DNA from: Pseudomonadota bacterium
Lineage (GTDB): Bacteria; Myxococcota; JACRCW01; JAFGSX01
DNA length: 39,562 bases
Direction: 5' to 3'
Assembly: GCA_043821645.1 (NCBI GenBank)
Contig: JBDRCO010000069.1
Span: 1 to 39,562, forward strand
Under the pieces are notes generated by a model, which did no database searches, had not been told where the DNA came from, and saw only the letters and a list, made by a program, of their open reading frames with translations. Numbering within the stretch: the stretch's first letter is position 1; each line of letters begins with the position of its first letter. This document shows positions 9,459 to 18,939 of the stretch, piece after piece. The translations under genes were made by a program, and so were the position numbers.

Positions 9459-9615
9459 GGGCTACTCCTACCGGGAGGGCGCTGCGCCCCTCCCCCGTCG
9501 AGGGTGAACCTCGCCGGGTCCCCCTCCCCGGCTCTGGCTTTGCCAGGCAGAACCGAGGGCGTTGTGACCATCGGGAAGTGCGTGGTCTGCTGGGCCAATG
9601 TGCCGCAACGCATGG

Positions 9616-10851
9616 TCATTCCTGCCGCATGGCCTCGACCGGCTTGAGGCGCGCGGCACGGAGCGCGGGCCACAGCGAGGCGAGGATGGTGATGACGAAC
9701 AGCCCGATGACGGTGGTCAGCACCGCCGAGGTGCGAACCCGGCCGTACATGATGGGGCTGAAGCTGATACCGCCGAAGCTGAAGGTGCTCATCAGGCTGC
9801 TCAGATCGATGCCGTAATAGACCAGGTAGCCGTCGAGGAGCAGGCCGATGACCAGGCCAAGCACCGTCGCCACCGTGGCCAGGGCCGCGGACTCGAACAC
9901 CACCAGCAGCACCATCTGCCCCGGACGCAAACCGAGGGCGCGGATCACGCCCAGCTCCTTGGTGCGCTCGAACACCGACATCAGCATGGTGTTGAGGATG
10001 CCCAGGGCCGCCACCGCGTAGACCAGCAGCAGCATCACGAACATGAAGGAGTCCTGAAACGAGATGAGCTGCTTGGCCGTGGGGTTGACCTCGTCCCAGG
10101 TGCGCACCAGCACCGTGCTGCCGTGGAGGGCGGCCTTGACCCGGGCGGCCAGGGCCGGGATGCGATCCTCGTCGCTGGCGATGAGTGCGATCTCGTGCAG
10201 CTGGTCGGGCAGCGCCAGCAGCTCCTGCAGGTCGGCGCGGTGCAGGTAGGCGCCGGCGCGATCGCGCGCCACCGAGCCGGTCTTGATCACGCCGACCAGG
10301 CGATACAGCTCGTTGCCCATGGATCCGTCGGCGGCCTGGGTCACCACCACCACCTCGTCGCCCAGCTTGGCCTTGAGGCTGTCGGCGAGACCGAAGCCGA
10401 GCAGGATCTCCTTCTTCGCCTCGGCGCCGAGCCAGTGGCCACCGGGTTCGAGCTTGCTGTCGATCGAACTGGTGGCTGCCTCGTCGGCGGGAACGATGCC
10501 GATGAGCTGGGCCCCCGCCGCCTCATCCCCCACTGCCAGCAAGCCGAAACCGAAGACCCGGCCCGACACTGCCTTCGCGCCCGGTAGCTGCGCCAGCTTC
10601 TGCACCTGCGCCGCCCCGTCGGGGATGGTGTCGTACAGGGCGCGCTGCTTGGGATAGGCGGGGTGGTGCACCTGCACGTGGCCAATGGTCTGCCGCACCA
10701 GCAGGTCGAAGCCATCCATGAACATGCCATCTATCCAGGCCACGCAGGCCATGCTCAGGGCCACGCCCAACGCCATGGCACCGACGGTGATCCAGGTGCG
10801 GCGCGGGTTGCGCCAGATGTTGCGCCAGGCAATACGGGCGAGCATCTTCAT
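9616..10851 (-). CDS. ABC transporter permease (LolC/E, FtsX family)
   Basis: IAWRNIWRNPRRTWIT, GILNTMLMSVFERTKELGVIRALG, WPALRAARLKPVEAMR. Start at MKMLAR after a GAGGTGG RBS. Confidence 0.93.
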   Translation of the reverse strand: MKMLARIAWRNIWRNPRRTWITVGAMALGVALSMACVAWIDGMFMDGFDLLVRQTIGHVQVHHPAYPKQRALYDTIPDGAAQVQKLAQLPGAKAVSGRVFGFGLLAVGDEAAGAQLIGIVPADEAATSSIDSKLEPGGHWLGAEAKKEILLGFGLADSLKAKLGDEVVVVTQAADGSMGNELYRLVGVIKTGSVARDRAGAYLHRADLQELLALPDQLHEIALIASDEDRIPALAARVKAALHGSTVLVRTWDEVNPTAKQLISFQDSFMFVMLLLVYAVAALGILNTMLMSVFERTKELGVIRALGLRPGQMVLLVVFESAALATVATVLGLVIGLLLDGYLVYYGIDLSSLMSTFSFGGISFSPIMYGRVRTSAVLTTVIGLFVITILASLWPALRAARLKPVEAMRQE

Positions 10852-10975
10852 GGCCACCTCGGGCAGCATCGTGGCGACGATCGCTGCCAGGCTCGCGGGG
10901 ACAGGGACCGGCGCTCCGTGGTCGACCTTGACCGGGACGCCATCTCACAGAAAACCGGGCCAACGTGAAACAGGG

Positions 10976-11608
10976 TCATCGCGTCGCCCCGTCGACGGCG
11001 CGCAGGCCGCGCAGCAGGTTGTGCAGGTGAAAGTCGATGTGCCGGGTCAGCTTCTGCTGGTCGTGGTCGATGTAGAAGTACAGACCCATGGCATCCAGGT
11101 AAGACAACAGGTTGCTGGCGATGATATCGATGTCGCCGGCGATGTCGGGTCGAAACTGGCCCTGGCGCACACCTTCACGAAGGATCTCGGCCACCACCTG
11201 GCGCGGCCCGGCCAGCAGCCGGTTCATGAGATCGGCGTGCTGCACCGCCTCGGGCTCGCCGATCATCAGCTGGAACATGGCCAGGAACAATCGCGTCGCC
11301 CGCGGGTCGTCGATCAGAGCGTGCATCGCAGCCTGAGCGTAGGCTCGCAGGTTCTGCTCGGGGTCCGCGCCCATGCCCGTGGGAGGAACGGCCAGCCCCT
11401 CGGCCTGCTGCACCCAGCCCTCGAGGGCGCAGGCGAAGAGTTCCTCCTTGCTCTCGAAGTACTCGTAGATCGTGCCCTTGCCGATGCCGGCGCGCTCCGC
11501 GACCAGGCTCATCGATGCGGCCTCGAAGCCCTTGTCGGCGAAGATCTCCAGCGCAACCAGTGCGATCTCGCTGCGCTTTTGCTCCCTGTCCACAATCTTT
11601 GGCGACAT
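10976..11608 (-). CDS. TetR/AcrR family transcriptional regulator
   Basis: N-terminal HTH: ALEIFADKGFEAASMSLVAERAGIGKGTIYEYFESKEELF. Confidence 0.95.
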   Translation of the reverse strand: MSPKIVDREQKRSEIALVALEIFADKGFEAASMSLVAERAGIGKGTIYEYFESKEELFACALEGWVQQAEGLAVPPTGMGADPEQNLRAYAQAAMHALIDDPRATRLFLAMFQLMIGEPEAVQHADLMNRLLAGPRQVVAEILREGVRQGQFRPDIAGDIDIIASNLLSYLDAMGLYFYIDHDQQKLTRHIDFHLHNLLRGLRAVDGATR

Positions 11609-11628
11609 CGTAGAGCTCCCGCGGAAAC

Positions 11629-11648
11629 TTGACCGACCAGTCGGTCAA
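11629..11648. promoter_or_regulatory. TetR operator (perfect palindrome)
   Basis: TTGACCGAC-CA-GTCGGTCAA, a perfect 9-bp inverted repeat 20 bp upstream of the tetR start and immediately downstream of the -10 box. Confidence 0.8.
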
Positions 11649-11649
11649 A

Positions 11650-11678
11650 AAATTAGCCGACCGGGTGGTCGGTGTCAA
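11650..11678 (-). promoter_or_regulatory. sigma70 promoter of tetR-ABC operon
   Basis: Minus strand TTGACA (11678-11673), 17 bp, TAATTT (11655-11650). The spacer contains a second related palindrome, CCGACC-N4-GGTCGG. Confidence 0.7.
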
Positions 11679-11814
11679 CGGCGAAGTTCGGGTGGCTGTG
11701 CGGTCTCGTGGCCTCGGGTTCCGGGCCTCGCCCCCCTGCCCGAAAGGCCCGTCGCGCCAAGTAATTCTTGCCAGGCCTCGCTGGGGGCGCTAATAACGCG
11801 CCCTTCTCATAGCA

Positions 11815-11848
11815 GGTGGGAGATCGCGCGAGCGATCGCTGAACCACC
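11815..11848 (+). promoter_or_regulatory. Ribosomal protein L1-binding RNA site upstream of rplK
   Basis: GGTGG-GA-GATCGC-(GCGA)-GCGATC-GCTGAA-CCACC: two stems with an asymmetric internal loop like the 23S rRNA L1 site, adjacent to the GGAGG RBS. Confidence 0.7.
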
Positions 11849-11860
11849 GCGGAGGTCGCA

Positions 11861-12304
11861 ATGGCCAAGAAAGTGATGGCGTTCGTCAAGTTGCAGTGCC
11901 CGGCGGGCAAGGCCAATCCCTCGCCGCCGGTGGGGCCCGCACTGGGCCAGCACGGCGTCAACATCATGGAGTTCTGCAAGCAGTTCAACGCGCGCACCCA
12001 GGGCCAGGAAGGCATGACGATCCCCGTCGTCATCACGGTGTACGCGGACCGCTCGTTCACCTTCGTGACCAAGACTCCACCGGCCAGCGTGCTGCTCAAG
12101 AAGGCCGCAGGCCTGAAGATGGACAAGAAGCCGGGCGGCGGCTCCAAGACCCCGGGCAAGGAGAAGGTCGGCAAGGTGACCTGGGCCCAGGTGCGAGAGA
12201 TCGCCACGCTGAAGACCCCGGACCTGACGGGCACCGACGTCGAGGCCAACGCGCGGACCATTGCTGGAACCGCGCGCTCGATGGGTGTGGACGTCGTCGA
12301 CTGA
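11861..12304 (+). CDS. rplK: 50S ribosomal protein L11
   Basis: [44 protein letters not shown]...GTARSMG. Confidence 0.99.
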   Translation: MAKKVMAFVKLQCPAGKANPSPPVGPALGQHGVNIMEFCKQFNARTQGQEGMTIPVVITVYADRSFTFVTKTPPASVLLKKAAGLKMDKKPGGGSKTPGKEKVGKVTWAQVREIATLKTPDLTGTDVEANARTIAGTARSMGVDVVD

Positions 12305-12316
12305 CACAAAAATAGA

Positions 12317-12350
12317 CGTGGGAGACCCCCAGGCGGGGTCGCTGACCACG
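12317..12350 (+). promoter_or_regulatory. Second L1-binding RNA site between rplK and rplA
   Basis: CGTGG-GA-GACCCC-(CAGGC)-GGGGTC-GCTGA-CCACG, the same architecture as the site upstream of rplK, abutting the rplA RBS. Confidence 0.7.
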
Positions 12351-12362
12351 GAGGACTTCACC

Positions 12363-13067
12363 ATGGCACGAATGGGCAAGAAGCACGCGGCATCGCTCAA
12401 GGAAGTGGACCGCAACCTCAAGTACGTCCCCGTCGAAGCTTTTGCGCTCGTCAAGAAGACCGCACACGTCAAGTTCGACGAGGCCGTCGATGTGGCCGTG
12501 CGTCTCAACGTCGACCCCAAGTACGCGGACCAGATGGTGCGTGGCTCGGTGTCCTTGCCTCAGGGCCTGGGCAAGTCCGTGCGGGTGGCCGTGTTCGCCA
12601 AGGGCGACAAGGAGCGCGAGGCCAAGGAGGCCGGCGCGGACGTCGTCGGCGCCGACGACCTGGCCGAGAAGATCCAGGGCGGCTTCATGGACTTCGACAA
12701 GGTCCTGGCCACCCCGGACATGATGCCCGTGGTCGGCAAGCTGGGCAAAGTGCTCGGCCCCCGCGGCCTCATGCCCAACCCCAAGGTTGGCACCGTGACC
12801 CCGGACATCGCCAAGGCCGTCAAGGAGGCCAAGGCAGGCCGCATCGAGTTCCGCGTCGAGAAGGCGGGCATCGTGCACGCGCCGGTGGGTCGCGTGTCCT
12901 TCTCGCCCGAGGCCCTGACCGAGAACCTGTACTCCCTGGTCGACACCCTGATCCGCCTCAAGCCTTCGACGGCCAAGGGCGTGTACATCAAGAGCATCTC
13001 GGTATCGTCGACGATGGGACCGGGCGTGCACATCGACCCGGCCCTGGCGACCACGCCGGTGGTCTGA
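12363..13067 (+). CDS. rplA: 50S ribosomal protein L1
   Basis: [60 protein letters not shown]. Confidence 0.99.
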   Translation: MARMGKKHAASLKEVDRNLKYVPVEAFALVKKTAHVKFDEAVDVAVRLNVDPKYADQMVRGSVSLPQGLGKSVRVAVFAKGDKEREAKEAGADVVGADDLAEKIQGGFMDFDKVLATPDMMPVVGKLGKVLGPRGLMPNPKVGTVTPDIAKAVKEAKAGRIEFRVEKAGIVHAPVGRVSFSPEALTENLYSLVDTLIRLKPSTAKGVYIKSISVSSTMGPGVHIDPALATTPVV

Positions 13068-13216
13068 GCGGGATCTGATGCGCTGCTGTCGGGGTGACGA
13101 TCCAGAGTTCACCACCGGCGAGCGAGGGCGGACCGACCGCCCCTGAGATGAGTGGATGGCGGTGACCGAGGCCGCCTGGATGTGAAAGGAGCGGTGCTCC
13201 GTTTTTCGGGCACCGC

Positions 13217-13322
13217 GGCCGTCAGAGACAGCTGGCACCCGCGCGCGGCGTTGACGCAAGGGTCTTTAATCTTCGACCGGGGAACGCCACCAGGCTCCGG
13301 TCGATGCCAGCCGAGACGTGGA
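13217..13322 (+). promoter_or_regulatory. L10 leader (L10/L12 autoregulatory RNA)
   Basis: GTCAGAGACAGCTGG...TTTAAT...CCAGCCGAGAC: the AGACAGCxGG / TTAA / CCxGCCGAG pattern of the L10 leader, in the rplA-rplJ intergenic region. Confidence 0.75.
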
Positions 13323-13486
13323 CGAATTGTCTGGCTCCCGTCTGGAGCCGTCCCGCGACGCCATCGCGGGCGATTCGAACTCGTCAGCGCTGACGCGCGT
13401 ACCTGGCTCCGCGAGCCTGCGGGCTCGTCCGGGCCACGGGATCTCCTGGCGTGACAGGGGTGCCCCGGGACGAGGAGGTGACGAGT

Positions 13487-14014
13487 GTGAATCGACAAGA
13501 AAAAGAACAGAAGGTTGAGCATTGGCACGAGGTGTTCGGCAAGGTCCAGGGTGCCGTGTTCACCGGCGTCTCGGGGCTGACGGTGGCCCAGTCCACCGAG
13601 CTGCGCAAGCGTTTCCGCGCCGCGCAGGTCAGCTACGTGGTGGTAAAGAACACCCTGGCCCGGCTCGCGCTCAAGGACACCGAGATGGAGGTCGCAACGC
13701 ACCTGCTCGACGGTCCCACGGCCATCGGCTGGAGCAATACCGACCCGGCCGGTCCGGCGCGCGTTGCCGCGGACTTCACCAAGGAGACGGACAAGTTCGA
13801 GATCCGCGGTGCCTATGCCACCGGCAAGGCCGTGGACAAGGCTGGCGCCATGGCTCTGGCCACCATGCCGACCTTCGAGGAGCTGCGCGCGCAGTTGCTC
13901 GGGATCATCAATGGCGTGGCGGGCAAGCTGCTGGCCCAGGTCAATGCACCGGCCTCGAACCTGATCGGTGTGTTGCAGGCGCGCAAGGAAGACCTGGAAA
14001 AGACGGCGGCCTGA
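13487..14014 (+). CDS. rplJ: 50S ribosomal protein L10
   Basis: GTG start after GAGGAGG. GLTVAQSTELRKRFR, YVVVKNTLARLA, LATMPTFEELRAQLLG. Position between rplA and rplL. Confidence 0.97.
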   Translation: MNRQEKEQKVEHWHEVFGKVQGAVFTGVSGLTVAQSTELRKRFRAAQVSYVVVKNTLARLALKDTEMEVATHLLDGPTAIGWSNTDPAGPARVAADFTKETDKFEIRGAYATGKAVDKAGAMALATMPTFEELRAQLLGIINGVAGKLLAQVNAPASNLIGVLQARKEDLEKTAA

Positions 14015-14071
14015 GCGCCCGAGTTCACATACAAAAATCGAAGACGTGACGACGTCAAAGGAGTGAAGACA

Positions 14072-14446
<375 letters not shown>

Positions 14447-14471
14447 TTCGCGCGCGTTCGATGTTCTTGCA

Positions 14472-14509
14472 GACCCCGTCGGTGCCCAGGTGCCGGCGGG
14501 GTTTTTTTT
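14472..14509 (+). terminator. Rho-independent terminator after rplL
   Basis: GC-rich stem ACCCCGTCGGTGCC...GGTGCCGGCGGGGT (with G-U pairs) followed by T8. The tract overlaps the stop codon of the convergent gene. Confidence 0.88.
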
Positions 14510-14894
14510 ATGGGACCACGACGATGGGTGTGGGGCGTCCCTGGTCGTCGACGTTGACGTACACGACCTCGGCCTCGGTGACCTTGCGCGGCGCGTCGGG
14601 TGCGCCGGCGCGTAGCACCTCGACGGTGATGTGCACGGTGATCGAGGTGGTGCCGAGCTTGATCAGCTCGCCGTAAAAGGACACCAGGTCCCCCAGGTTG
14701 ACCGGTGCGTGGAACACCACCTCGCGCATGCACACGGTGACCAGCTTGCGCGCGCCATGCAGGTGAGCCTCGATGGCGCCGGCCTGGTCGATGTACGACA
14801 GGATGATGCCGCCGAAGATGGTGCCGTGGGGATTGGTATCGCGTGGCAGCAGCGTCACGCGAATCAGTGGCTGGCGCGTCTCGTGGATGGTCAT
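14508..14894 (-). CDS. Acyl-CoA thioesterase (hotdog fold, YciA-like)
   Basis: LPRDTNPHGTIFGGIILSYIDQAG, VFHAPVNLGD, GTTSITV, VTEAEVVYVNVD. Confidence 0.92.
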   Translation of the reverse strand: MTIHETRQPLIRVTLLPRDTNPHGTIFGGIILSYIDQAGAIEAHLHGARKLVTVCMREVVFHAPVNLGDLVSFYGELIKLGTTSITVHITVEVLRAGAPDAPRKVTEAEVVYVNVDDQGRPTPIVVVP

Positions 14895-17653
14895 AGCTGC
14901 AGGTACGCGCTGAGGAACGCACTCACGCCCTCACGCGGCAGCAGGCCGGTCACGCGGTCGGGTCGCGACACGTCGTCCTTGTAGGGGTAGTCGAGCATGT
15001 TGTACAGGCTGAGCTCGAAGCCAAACAGGTTGAAGATGGGCTTGGTGCGCACGTTGACGTTGACCAGGGCGTAGGCCGGGATCTTGAACGTGCGCAGCGA
15101 CTCGAGGGTCGAGCGCATGTTGTTGCGCCGCTCGCCACCGAACATGGTCAACAGGTGCAGGTCGGCCACATCGCCAACCTCGAGGTGGGCGCCGATGTTG
15201 AGCCGGTACTGCGGCACGTCCGTGATCAGGGTCGTGGCGTCGGGGACTTCCTCGCCGGTCTCCAGATCGAACACCTTTTGCCAGGTGCGGAACCAGCCAA
15301 AGGTCGTGTACAGGTAGCTGCCCGCGGTGAACTCGACCCGGCCGTCGAGCTCGTAGCCCAGGATGTCGCGGCCACCGGTGTTGCGCAAGGGCTCCTGGGT
15401 GCCGCTCTCGTCGATGCGATCGATGGCCTTGCGGATCTGGGTGTAGAAGGCGTTGCTGGCCATGCGGTACCGGAAGCCGGCAAAGGTGAAGTCGTAGCTC
15501 AAGCCTGTTTCGCCCGTCTGGATGAATTCGGGTAGCAGCTCGGGGTTGCCCAGGTGCACGCCGGGGGAGAAGTCGGCAAAGGCGAGGGGCGTCTGGTCGT
15601 ACTTCTCCTCGAAGGTCGGTGCGCGGAAGGCCGTGGCGTAGAGCAGCTTGAGGTTGAGATTCTCGATGATCTCCCACACCAGGCCGGCGCGCGGTGTGAT
15701 GTGGGTGAGAGGGTCAAAGGCCACGTCGGAGAAGTAGCTCAGGCGCACGCCCAGGGTGAGCAACAGCGGTTGCAGGATCTGCCATTCGTCCTGCAGGTAG
15801 AGGGCGGCTCCGAGCCGGCCCTGGCCGTTCTGGTCGAGGGCGATGAGGGTCTCGTCGGGCTTGGTCAGACCGGTCAGCGCCACGCCCTCGGGGGTCCGAT
15901 TCATCTCGAGCAGGAAACCGCCCGCGGGGATGAACAGGTACTCGAGCTGGCTGCCCACAACCAGGCGGTTGATGTCGAAGATGGGGATGTCCAGGCGCGC
16001 CTCGACGCCCACCGTGCTGGCGGCGTAGGCGGTGCGTGCCTGCAGGCCTTTTTCAAACTCTTGGACGCGCGTCTCACCGTCGACGGTGACGGGGTAAGAA
16101 AAGTTGTAGGGTGTGAGCTGATACAGCTGGTCCACGCCGTGCTGGTCTCCGTACAGTCGCAGGTCAAAGCCGCCCGAGTCCAGGATCGGGTGGCGGTAAC
16201 CCAGGTCGCCCGAGAGCACCAACCAGCTCAGGGTGCTGTCGGGTCCGGCCGTGTCGTAGCGCCCGAAATAGGGGCCTCGCAGCTCGTACAGGGTCTGGCT
16301 CCGCGCGTAGAACTTGCCACCGCCCAGCGCGTCGGCGACGTAGTCGGCCTTGAGGGTCGCGGCGCCCTTGAAACCCCAGGCCTGGGTGTACAGGTCCTCC
16401 TGGCGGCGATCGATGACCACGCTGGTCGCCGAGTCCTCGGCGATGCGAAGCTGGGGACCGCTGGTCCACGCGGCATCGCCCGCGGCGTGGAGGGTGAAGC
16501 CGTGGGTGGAGAAGCCGCCACCCAGGGCGGCGAAGGGGGTGATGAAGGATCCAAAGCCCACGTCGGCAAAGAGGCCGTTGCTCTCTCGGGTGACGACGTT
16601 GATCACGCCCATGAAGGCGCTGGTGCCGTACAGTGCCGAACCGGGACCGCGGATGACCTCGACGCGCTCGATGATGTCCGCCGGGATCGCCCAGTAGGGG
16701 CGCCCGTCGTAGAAATTGTTCCAGCGATGACCGTCGACCAGCAGCAGGATCTCGGCGTCGTTGCGCACACCGCGAAACGACACGTGGTCGAAGCCCGACA
16801 CGTCCTTGCTGGTCTCGACGCCGGGCAGGGCCTTGAGCACGTCGAGCAGGGTGCGCGCACCCATCTGCTCGATGCGCTGCCGGGACACCACGCTGATGAT
16901 GGCGGGTGCGGCGCTGGTCTTCTGGCTATACGACGCAGCCAGGGAGGTCGAGTCCTCGGCCGAGAACACCGCGAACTCGTCGAGCAGGTCCGGGTCCTGG
17001 CCAGGTAGCACCACTGCGGTGTCGTCCTCGGCCAGGGGGGGCAGCAAGGGCAAGGGCGCCGAGCTGCCGCCGCTGTCACCGCGGGCCTCGCCGGTGCGCA
17101 GCTCGTACTCTTCGGCGGTCTCGAAGGGGTTGACCGGCGCGCCGTCGCCTGGAGGCGGGGTCGCCTCCGGGGTTCGTTCCGGTGTGCGCTCGGGGCTGCG
17201 GTCCGGGGTGCGATCCGGTGCGCGCACCGGGGCGGCATCGTCATCGTCCTCGTCGTCGTCGACCGTGCCGCCCCCGACCGTCACCTTGGCGGGTTGGTCC
17301 GGCGACGCGAAGATCAGGTGCGGCTGCCGCAGCACGTCCTGGATCACGACGAAGTACTCGACACCTGGAGCGCGCAGGTCCCGGCCCGGGATGATGGCTG
17401 TGTAGCGGTCTCCACCGTCGCTCTCGAGCGTGGCCTTGCTGTAGTTCTTGTCGCCGATCCGGCGGTAACGCAGCCGCGCCTGCCTCACCTTGCCCGCATT
17501 GGTGATGGAGCCGGTGATGACGAGATCTTTGCCTGGCTCCGCCCGGTCCGGTGGCGTGTGCAGGAACGCGAAGTCGGCGCCGAGCGCGGGCAGAGGCAGC
17601 GCCAGCACCAGGGTCGCGACCAGCGACCAGCGCAGCCGTGGCAGTGTCGGCAT
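14891..17653 (-). CDS. TonB-dependent receptor with N-terminal Ig-like extension and acidic/Pro linker
   Basis: Signal peptide. Plug motifs APAIISVVSRQRIEQMGARTLLDVL, LLLVDG, IERVEVIRGPGSALYG. Barrel motifs AFRAPTF and GNPELLPE. Start codon uncertain (17653 or 17674). Confidence 0.92.
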   Translation of the reverse strand: MPTLPRLRWSLVATLVLALPLPALGADFAFLHTPPDRAEPGKDLVITGSITNAGKVRQARLRYRRIGDKNYSKATLESDGGDRYTAIIPGRDLRAPGVEYFVVIQDVLRQPHLIFASPDQPAKVTVGGGTVDDDEDDDDAAPVRAPDRTPDRSPERTPERTPEATPPPGDGAPVNPFETAEEYELRTGEARGDSGGSSAPLPLLPPLAEDDTAVVLPGQDPDLLDEFAVFSAEDSTSLAASYSQKTSAAPAIISVVSRQRIEQMGARTLLDVLKALPGVETSKDVSGFDHVSFRGVRNDAEILLLVDGHRWNNFYDGRPYWAIPADIIERVEVIRGPGSALYGTSAFMGVINVVTRESNGLFADVGFGSFITPFAALGGGFSTHGFTLHAAGDAAWTSGPQLRIAEDSATSVVIDRRQEDLYTQAWGFKGAATLKADYVADALGGGKFYARSQTLYELRGPYFGRYDTAGPDSTLSWLVLSGDLGYRHPILDSGGFDLRLYGDQHGVDQLYQLTPYNFSYPVTVDGETRVQEFEKGLQARTAYAASTVGVEARLDIPIFDINRLVVGSQLEYLFIPAGGFLLEMNRTPEGVALTGLTKPDETLIALDQNGQGRLGAALYLQDEWQILQPLLLTLGVRLSYFSDVAFDPLTHITPRAGLVWEIIENLNLKLLYATAFRAPTFEEKYDQTPLAFADFSPGVHLGNPELLPEFIQTGETGLSYDFTFAGFRYRMASNAFYTQIRKAIDRIDESGTQEPLRNTGGRDILGYELDGRVEFTAGSYLYTTFGWFRTWQKVFDLETGEEVPDATTLITDVPQYRLNIGAHLEVGDVADLHLLTMFGGERRNNMRSTLESLRTFKIPAYALVNVNVRTKPIFNLFGFELSLYNMLDYPYKDDVSRPDRVTGLLPREGVSAFLSAYLQL
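17165..17220 (-). repeat. Degenerate 12-bp tandem repeat encoding the (P-D/E-R-T/S)n linker
   Basis: Encodes PDRTPDRSPERTPERTPE in the receptor linker. Confidence 0.6.
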
Positions 17654-17766
17654 GTGGCAGAAGGGTTCGAGCATGCTCGTGCACCCACGGGTCGAGATCA
17701 ACGTGCGGGGATTATGGCCCAGACCCGGGCTCGAGCGAAAGGGTATCGAGCTGCGATCGGGGAGCG

Positions 17767-18696
17767 CTAGCGCGTGAACCGGACCTCGTCGGAGATCGCG
17801 GTGGGCAGGACGATGTCCATGAAGCGAAGCTCGCCCTCGACGCGGTAGGGAATGGTTCCGCTGTTGAGGAGCTTCTTGACGTCGGCACCCCAGGTCTTCT
17901 CGGTGAGCGGGATCAGGATGTCGTACTCGATGGCGGTGTTGCCCTGGATGCGCTCACCCACGCCCACGGTGGCCTCGCGCATCAGTTTGTCATGGATGTA
18001 CAGCTTGTAGCGCCAGTCCTTGATCTTGAACGAGAAGGAGTTGGGGTTGAACACGCGCAGGGACAGGCTCATGTCGCCACTCTGACCCTCGTTGGACGAC
18101 GCCACCTGGACATCCACGGCCTTGGGCTCGGGCAGCGAGGGAGCGGGGATCTCGCCCTGGGACTTGAGGGGCAGGGAGCCATGGTCCGTTTCCACCGAGC
18201 CCTCGACGTCGAGGCGCGCGATGCCGAGCCTGCAAAAGGCGATGTAGGAGCGGCCCGAGTCGGGATAGCTCAGGTGCACGGACACGGGCACGTCGAGGTA
18301 GTTGCCACTGGCCACGACCTCGCCCGGACTCGCGGAGCCCTCGAACACCGAGACCTCGACATCCTCGCCATCGCCGCCCGAGCCCTCGCTGGGCTCGGTG
18401 TCGCCTTTCGCAGGTTCTTCGCCCTCGCTCGGGGCTGGCTCGTCGCTGACGTTCAGATCGTCGGCGAAGTTGACCTCGAGCATGATCTTCTTGACGGTGA
18501 CAGGCTTGACGGTGCCGTTCTCGACCCGCACCACGAAGTTGCCGGTGGTCCCTGTTTCACTGGGGTCCACGGGGTCGACCCGCAGCAGGCGCGCCTGCAC
18601 GTCTCCCTCGTCGGTGGGTCGGGTCTCCTGCTTGGCTCCCGAGCAACCGAGGATGAGCACGAATGCTCCGACCATCGTCGTCACGAACCTGGTCAT
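17767..18696 (-). CDS. Lipoprotein with tandem LEA_2/WHy-like domains
   Basis: Lipobox LILG-C. VRVENGT and LRVFNPNSFSFKIKDWRYKLYI (NPN motif), C-terminal YRVEGELRF. GGAGG RBS. Confidence 0.8.
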   Translation of the reverse strand: MTRFVTTMVGAFVLILGCSGAKQETRPTDEGDVQARLLRVDPVDPSETGTTGNFVVRVENGTVKPVTVKKIMLEVNFADDLNVSDEPAPSEGEEPAKGDTEPSEGSGGDGEDVEVSVFEGSASPGEVVASGNYLDVPVSVHLSYPDSGRSYIAFCRLGIARLDVEGSVETDHGSLPLKSQGEIPAPSLPEPKAVDVQVASSNEGQSGDMSLSLRVFNPNSFSFKIKDWRYKLYIHDKLMREATVGVGERIQGNTAIEYDILIPLTEKTWGADVKKLLNSGTIPYRVEGELRFMDIVLPTAISDEVRFTR

Positions 18697-18939
18697 GGCC
18701 TTACCTCCCCGTCGAGTAGTGCGGAGGCTGACGGGCAGCCCCACCCCCTGTACGGCCAGTGCGTTCGTGTACTGGCCTTCCCTACATTGTCCTACACAGT
18801 CCGCGGCACACTACCGCCGCTGATCGCGTTCGACAAGGGGCAAGACGCGACGCGTCAAGTCGCTGCCAGCTCAGAGGTCTAGAGCACAGGTCCATTGACA
18901 GTTATGCTGCCGCGCGACCTCAGGACGTGGAGCTCATCC

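Noticed and set aside
7528-10851. Naming the ABC genes lolC/lolD/lolE
   Set aside because: The family is right, but TetR control and the linked barrel gene indicate a paralogous system rather than the housekeeping Lol pathway.
11768-11796. Possible rplK promoter TTGCCA-N17-TAATAA
   Set aside because: Position is plausible but the -10 lacks the conserved final T. Not enough support to list as a feature.
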